From Ignavibacteriota bacterium (lineage in GTDB: Bacteria; Bacteroidota; Ignavibacteria; UBA10030): DNA of 64,000 bases. The stretch covers positions 1,248,001 through 1,312,000 of the forward strand of contig OY969585.1 of assembly GCA_963701295.1 (NCBI GenBank), written 5' to 3'. This document shows, piece by piece, positions 60,516 to 64,000 of this stretch (the first letter of the stretch is position 1; each line of letters starts with the position of its first letter). The position numbers were made by a program, and so were the translations under genes. A model generated the notes under the pieces. The model saw only the letters and a program-made list of their open reading frames with translations. It searched no databases and had not been told where the DNA came from.

Positions 60516-60899
60516 TTATTTGCCGGTATTCATTCGTCTGCTCATCTGTGCTCGGCGATCCTTTACCATTTTGTCATAAGCCTTGGCCTGCTCTTCAGTA
60601 AGAACTTCCTTGATTTTGTTATCTGTCTTTTTCATTATCTCCTGTGCTACATCGTGTATTGCCTGGCGGTCGTCGCGATTCTCATTCATCGCTGTAGTCA
60701 TCTCTTCACGTTGATCTTCGAGTATCGTCGTGATCTTTTTGGTTTGTTCGTCACTTAATTTCAGTGTGTCTTTGAGAATCTTAATGCGCTCCTCAACAGA
60801 CATCCGTTGTCGTTGAGCTTGTGACACAGATGATAAGAGCATCAGCACTCCGAGAAGAAAAACGATTACTGCGGTCATTCGCTTGATATTTATGAACAT
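60516..60899 (-). CDS. Secreted helical protein, Spy/CpxP (LTxxQ)-like
   Basis: Signal peptide ending SQA; LKLSDEQ and VLTEEQ motifs; AAGGA RBS (alternative start 60932). Confidence 0.75.
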   Translation of the reverse strand: MFINIKRMTAVIVFLLGVLMLLSSVSQAQRQRMSVEERIKILKDTLKLSDEQTKKITTILEDQREEMTTAMNENRDDRQAIHDVAQEIMKKTDNKIKEVLTEEQAKAYDKMVKDRRAQMSRRMNTGK

Positions 60900-61038
60900 A
60901 AAGTTGTCCTTTCTTGAATGATTATTGGCCAACGTTCGTTTTTCCGCACCAAACTGCTTGGGGAAGAACGTTTCATGTAGAGTGAATCTTGTCTCATTAT
61001 ATTAATAAACGTGTACAACACAAAAATGTTTCTGTTCT

Positions 61039-64000
61039 CTATGATGTACTTTTCTTATCTAAAACCTCTCGGAGCTTTCGTAAGACCCCTTCATTCGAGT
61101 ATGGCTTCTGAATGAATCCTTTTGCCCCTAATTGATGGAGAGAGAATTTGAGATCTGGTTCAAAAAAACCACTTGCAAGAACAACTTTCACATGTGGATC
61201 AATTTCTTTGAGTTTCTTGAATACTTCAATCCCGCTCATTTTAGGTAAACCAACATCAGAGAGTACGAGAGCGATCTCATCCCGATGCCGTGTGAATACT
61301 TCAAGAGCTTCTTCACCATCTGCGGCAACATAGACACTGTATCCATAGGATTTCAGCAGCCGCCGAATCAATTTCAATATGAGATATTCATCCTCTATAA
61401 GAAGGATGGTCTCTGATCCACCAACTGGTTTTTCGTTTCCCGGGAGTACTTCCTCAATCAGTTTATCTGGAATATGTGAGACAGGGAAGTACAAGTAAAA
61501 CGTTGTTCCCTCTCCCACGTAGCTTTCCACATCTACAAATCCATGATGTGACTGCATCACCCCGTACACTACCGAAAGACCAAGGCCTGTTCCTTTGCCT
61601 TTTTCTTTGGTTGTGAAAAAAGGATCGAATACCTGGGCGTATATTGCTTCGTCCATTCCCACACCGGTATCGGCTACGCTGATACAGACGTACAATTCTT
61701 GATCGGCTGCAGGAAAACGCTTCGATACTTCTTTTTTTGTTCTCAGCTCTGCCTTAATGGTAATCGCTCCGCCATCGGGCATGGCATCGCGTGCATTGAC
61801 ACATAGATTTAAAAGTGTTTGATGAATCTGTGTACGATCAGCAAGAATGTCCGGAAGGTCCGGTGCATATGTTTGTGTGAAAGTGATCGTCTTCGAAAAA
61901 GTCTCTTTCAGCATCGAAAGAAGTTCATGGACAAGATCAGGAATATTTAATGGTTCGAAAGCAATATCAGTTTTCCGTGCAAATGTTAAAATTTGACGGA
62001 CAAGGGCTGCACCTCGATCTATTGCTTGACTAATGGCAGCAATACCCTCGGTATGTTTCCGAGCATCATTCATGTTCTTTTCTAACGTGGATGAATATCC
62101 GAGGATAATGGCAAGAATATTATTAAAGTCATGTGCTATACCACCGGCAAGCGTGCCAAGGCTTTGAATTTTTTGTGATTGAAAAAGCTGATTCTGTAAT
62201 TTCTTTTGATCTGTAATATCTCGTACAACAACTTGTGTTGCAGGTTTTCCCTGAAAAATAATCGGCAACGAAGTCACTTCTACTTCAATAATCAAACCAT
62301 CCAGCCGGATAAATTTTTCTTCAAGGGGTGGCAATGCTTTTCGTTCTGTCATTCCAAGCACTACACGTTGACGAACAATCTCAATATCGTCAGGATGGAT
62401 AATATTCATAATCGGCAATCCGATTAATTGGGACTCGTCAGTTGCACCAATAAGTTTGATTGCCGCTGGGTTGACGTATACAAATTTTCCTTCTCTGTGT
62501 ACCGCAATAGCATTGGGTGAATATTCCACGAGGCGGCGATAACGCTCTTCACTTTCTTGCAGCTGTTCTTCCGCAATCTTCCGCTGAGTGATATCGCGGA
62601 AACTCCAGACCCGTCCAACAGGCCGTCCACCTATTCGTTGAGGACGTGAATAGCGTTCAAATATTCTGCCATCCTTGAATTCCAGAACGTCAAAACTTTC
62701 GTCTTCTGGATGAGAATAGAGTATATTCACTTTTTTAACAAAATCTTTCGGAGACTTCAATTGCGCTAAAACGAAGTTAATGACTTCTCTGTCCTTGCCT
62801 TCCGCCATGATGTTTTCAGGGATATTCCACATCTTAACAAATTGAGCATTGTAATTCGTGATGACTCCGATGTTATCCACAACTAAAATCCCATCAGCGG
62901 TAGATTCCAATGTTGCCTGAAGGAGCGAAAACGATTGCTGTAATTCCTGCTCCGTTCGTTTTCGTTCAGTGATGTCTTGCACATGCGTGACATAGTATTT
63001 CGGTTTGCCTTTACTGTCTCGAATTAATGAACTCGATACAAGTCCCCAAACGAGATGTCCGTCTTTATGAATATACCGCTTCTCGAGCGTGAACTTCTTT
63101 ACCTCTCCTGACAATGTTCGTTGGATAAAGGAAGATCCAATTTCTCTATCCTCGATATGCGTAACATCGTTGAATGTGAATTGCCGCAGCTCGTCTTCTG
63201 AGTACCCAAGAAGTTCCTGCATGGCATCATTCACGGTGAGAAATTTTCCATCAACGCCAACAAGGCATGTTCCTACGGATGCATTCTCAATCACCGTACG
63301 AAAATGGTCTTCGCTTTCTTGAAGCTCCTGCTCAGCCCGTTTACGTTCAGCAATATCCGTAATGATACCCAGAATAGCTTTTCCGTTTTCGTACGGTATA
63401 AGTTTCGTGGTAATAATAGCGTTAATTTGACTTCTTTGTTTTGTCAGTAAGGTATATTCATATGCTGGAACTTCGTCACCTCTTGTATGCTTACTAAACA
63501 TCTCCTTGAGAAGTTCCACAGATTCTGGAGCAGTTATTTTCAGAAAGTTGAAATCAGGAGAATAGAACTCTTCTTTTGTATAACCCATTTGTTCTTCACA
63601 TTTTGCATTTGCATAGACAACATTCCCATTATAATTGATAAAAATCATATTCGGTGATTGTTCGGCAAACGTTCGAAATTTTTCTTCGGATTCTCTTAAA
63701 ATTTCCTCAGCTTCTTTTCGTTCAGTAATATCTCTGATAATGGCTTGGTAGAACTTTTTTTCTTCGATTTCAATGAGGCGTATACTTAATTCAATTGGAA
63801 AAGTGCTTCCATCTTTTCGCTGGTGAATTGATTCAAATGTGGTACCATTTTGCTCAATATCAACTTTTAATTGCCTGAGCAAGTTGCTGGAATTTACAAT
63901 AAGCAGATCACTTACTTTCAATGTAAGAATTTCATCGCGTGTATATCCATATGCTTCCAATGCCCGGTCATTGATTTCTACAATTTCCAAATCTTCATTT
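61039..64000 (-). CDS. Multi-PAS hybrid sensor histidine kinase / receiver (5' end outside window)
   Basis: Five PAS/PAC units ending DITERK-like; H-box IAHDFNN, N-box NARDAM, FFTTK, GTGLGL, receiver domain; frame open to the window edge. Confidence 0.95.
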   Translation of the reverse strand, partial: NEDLEIVEINDRALEAYGYTRDEILTLKVSDLLIVNSSNLLRQLKVDIEQNGTTFESIHQRKDGSTFPIELSIRLIEIEEKKFYQAIIRDITERKEAEEILRESEEKFRTFAEQSPNMIFINYNGNVVYANAKCEEQMGYTKEEFYSPDFNFLKITAPESVELLKEMFSKHTRGDEVPAYEYTLLTKQRSQINAIITTKLIPYENGKAILGIITDIAERKRAEQELQESEDHFRTVIENASVGTCLVGVDGKFLTVNDAMQELLGYSEDELRQFTFNDVTHIEDREIGSSFIQRTLSGEVKKFTLEKRYIHKDGHLVWGLVSSSLIRDSKGKPKYYVTHVQDITERKRTEQELQQSFSLLQATLESTADGILVVDNIGVITNYNAQFVKMWNIPENIMAEGKDREVINFVLAQLKSPKDFVKKVNILYSHPEDESFDVLEFKDGRIFERYSRPQRIGGRPVGRVWSFRDITQRKIAEEQLQESEERYRRLVEYSPNAIAVHREGKFVYVNPAAIKLIGATDESQLIGLPIMNIIHPDDIEIVRQRVVLGMTERKALPPLEEKFIRLDGLIIEVEVTSLPIIFQGKPATQVVVRDITDQKKLQNQLFQSQKIQSLGTLAGGIAHDFNNILAIILGYSSTLEKNMNDARKHTEGIAAISQAIDRGAALVRQILTFARKTDIAFEPLNIPDLVHELLSMLKETFSKTITFTQTYAPDLPDILADRTQIHQTLLNLCVNARDAMPDGGAITIKAELRTKKEVSKRFPAADQELYVCISVADTGVGMDEAIYAQVFDPFFTTKEKGKGTGLGLSVVYGVMQSHHGFVDVESYVGEGTTFYLYFPVSHIPDKLIEEVLPGNEKPVGGSETILLIEDEYLILKLIRRLLKSYGYSVYVAADGEEALEVFTRHRDEIALVLSDVGLPKMSGIEVFKKLKEIDPHVKVVLASGFFEPDLKFSLHQLGAKGFIQKPYSNEGVLRKLREVLDKKSTS

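Noticed and set aside
61900-64000. Repeated DITERK / ESEE segments in the kinase
   Set aside because: Ordinary tandem PAS-PAC linkers

Overview
Bacterial chromosomal window, probably Ignavibacteria/Chlorobi-like (an unverified inference from gene order and protein style), with four blocks. (1) 1-26.2 kb: an all-plus-strand amino-acid biosynthesis cluster (ilvBN, gltBD, ilvC, cimA, DAHP synthase, leuA, leuC, leuD, proC, leuB, hom, thrA, apgM-like, thrC) with several interleaved accessory genes. (2) About 26.5-35.4 kb: an accessory metal(loid) island with three ArsR-family regulators, each with a visible operator palindrome. It includes a 20%-methionine repeat protein with a wHTH-like tail and an arsR-arsM-arsN-nitroreductase-arsC-hgcA-hgcB-acr3 operon, so the mercury-methylation genes sit inside an arsenic operon. 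The Cys-rich N-terminus of hgcA is separated from its catalytic core by a -1 frameshift at an A9 / A_AAA_AAG slippery tract. (3) 35.6-53.8 kb: the dcw cluster from mraZ to ftsZ. (4) 54-64 kb: Tat-signal dipeptide epimerase, HAD hydrolase, ahpC, mreD-mrdA-rodA, a periplasmic helical protein and a multi-PAS hybrid kinase cut by the window edge. No rRNA, tRNA, CRISPR array, transposase or integrase was seen.
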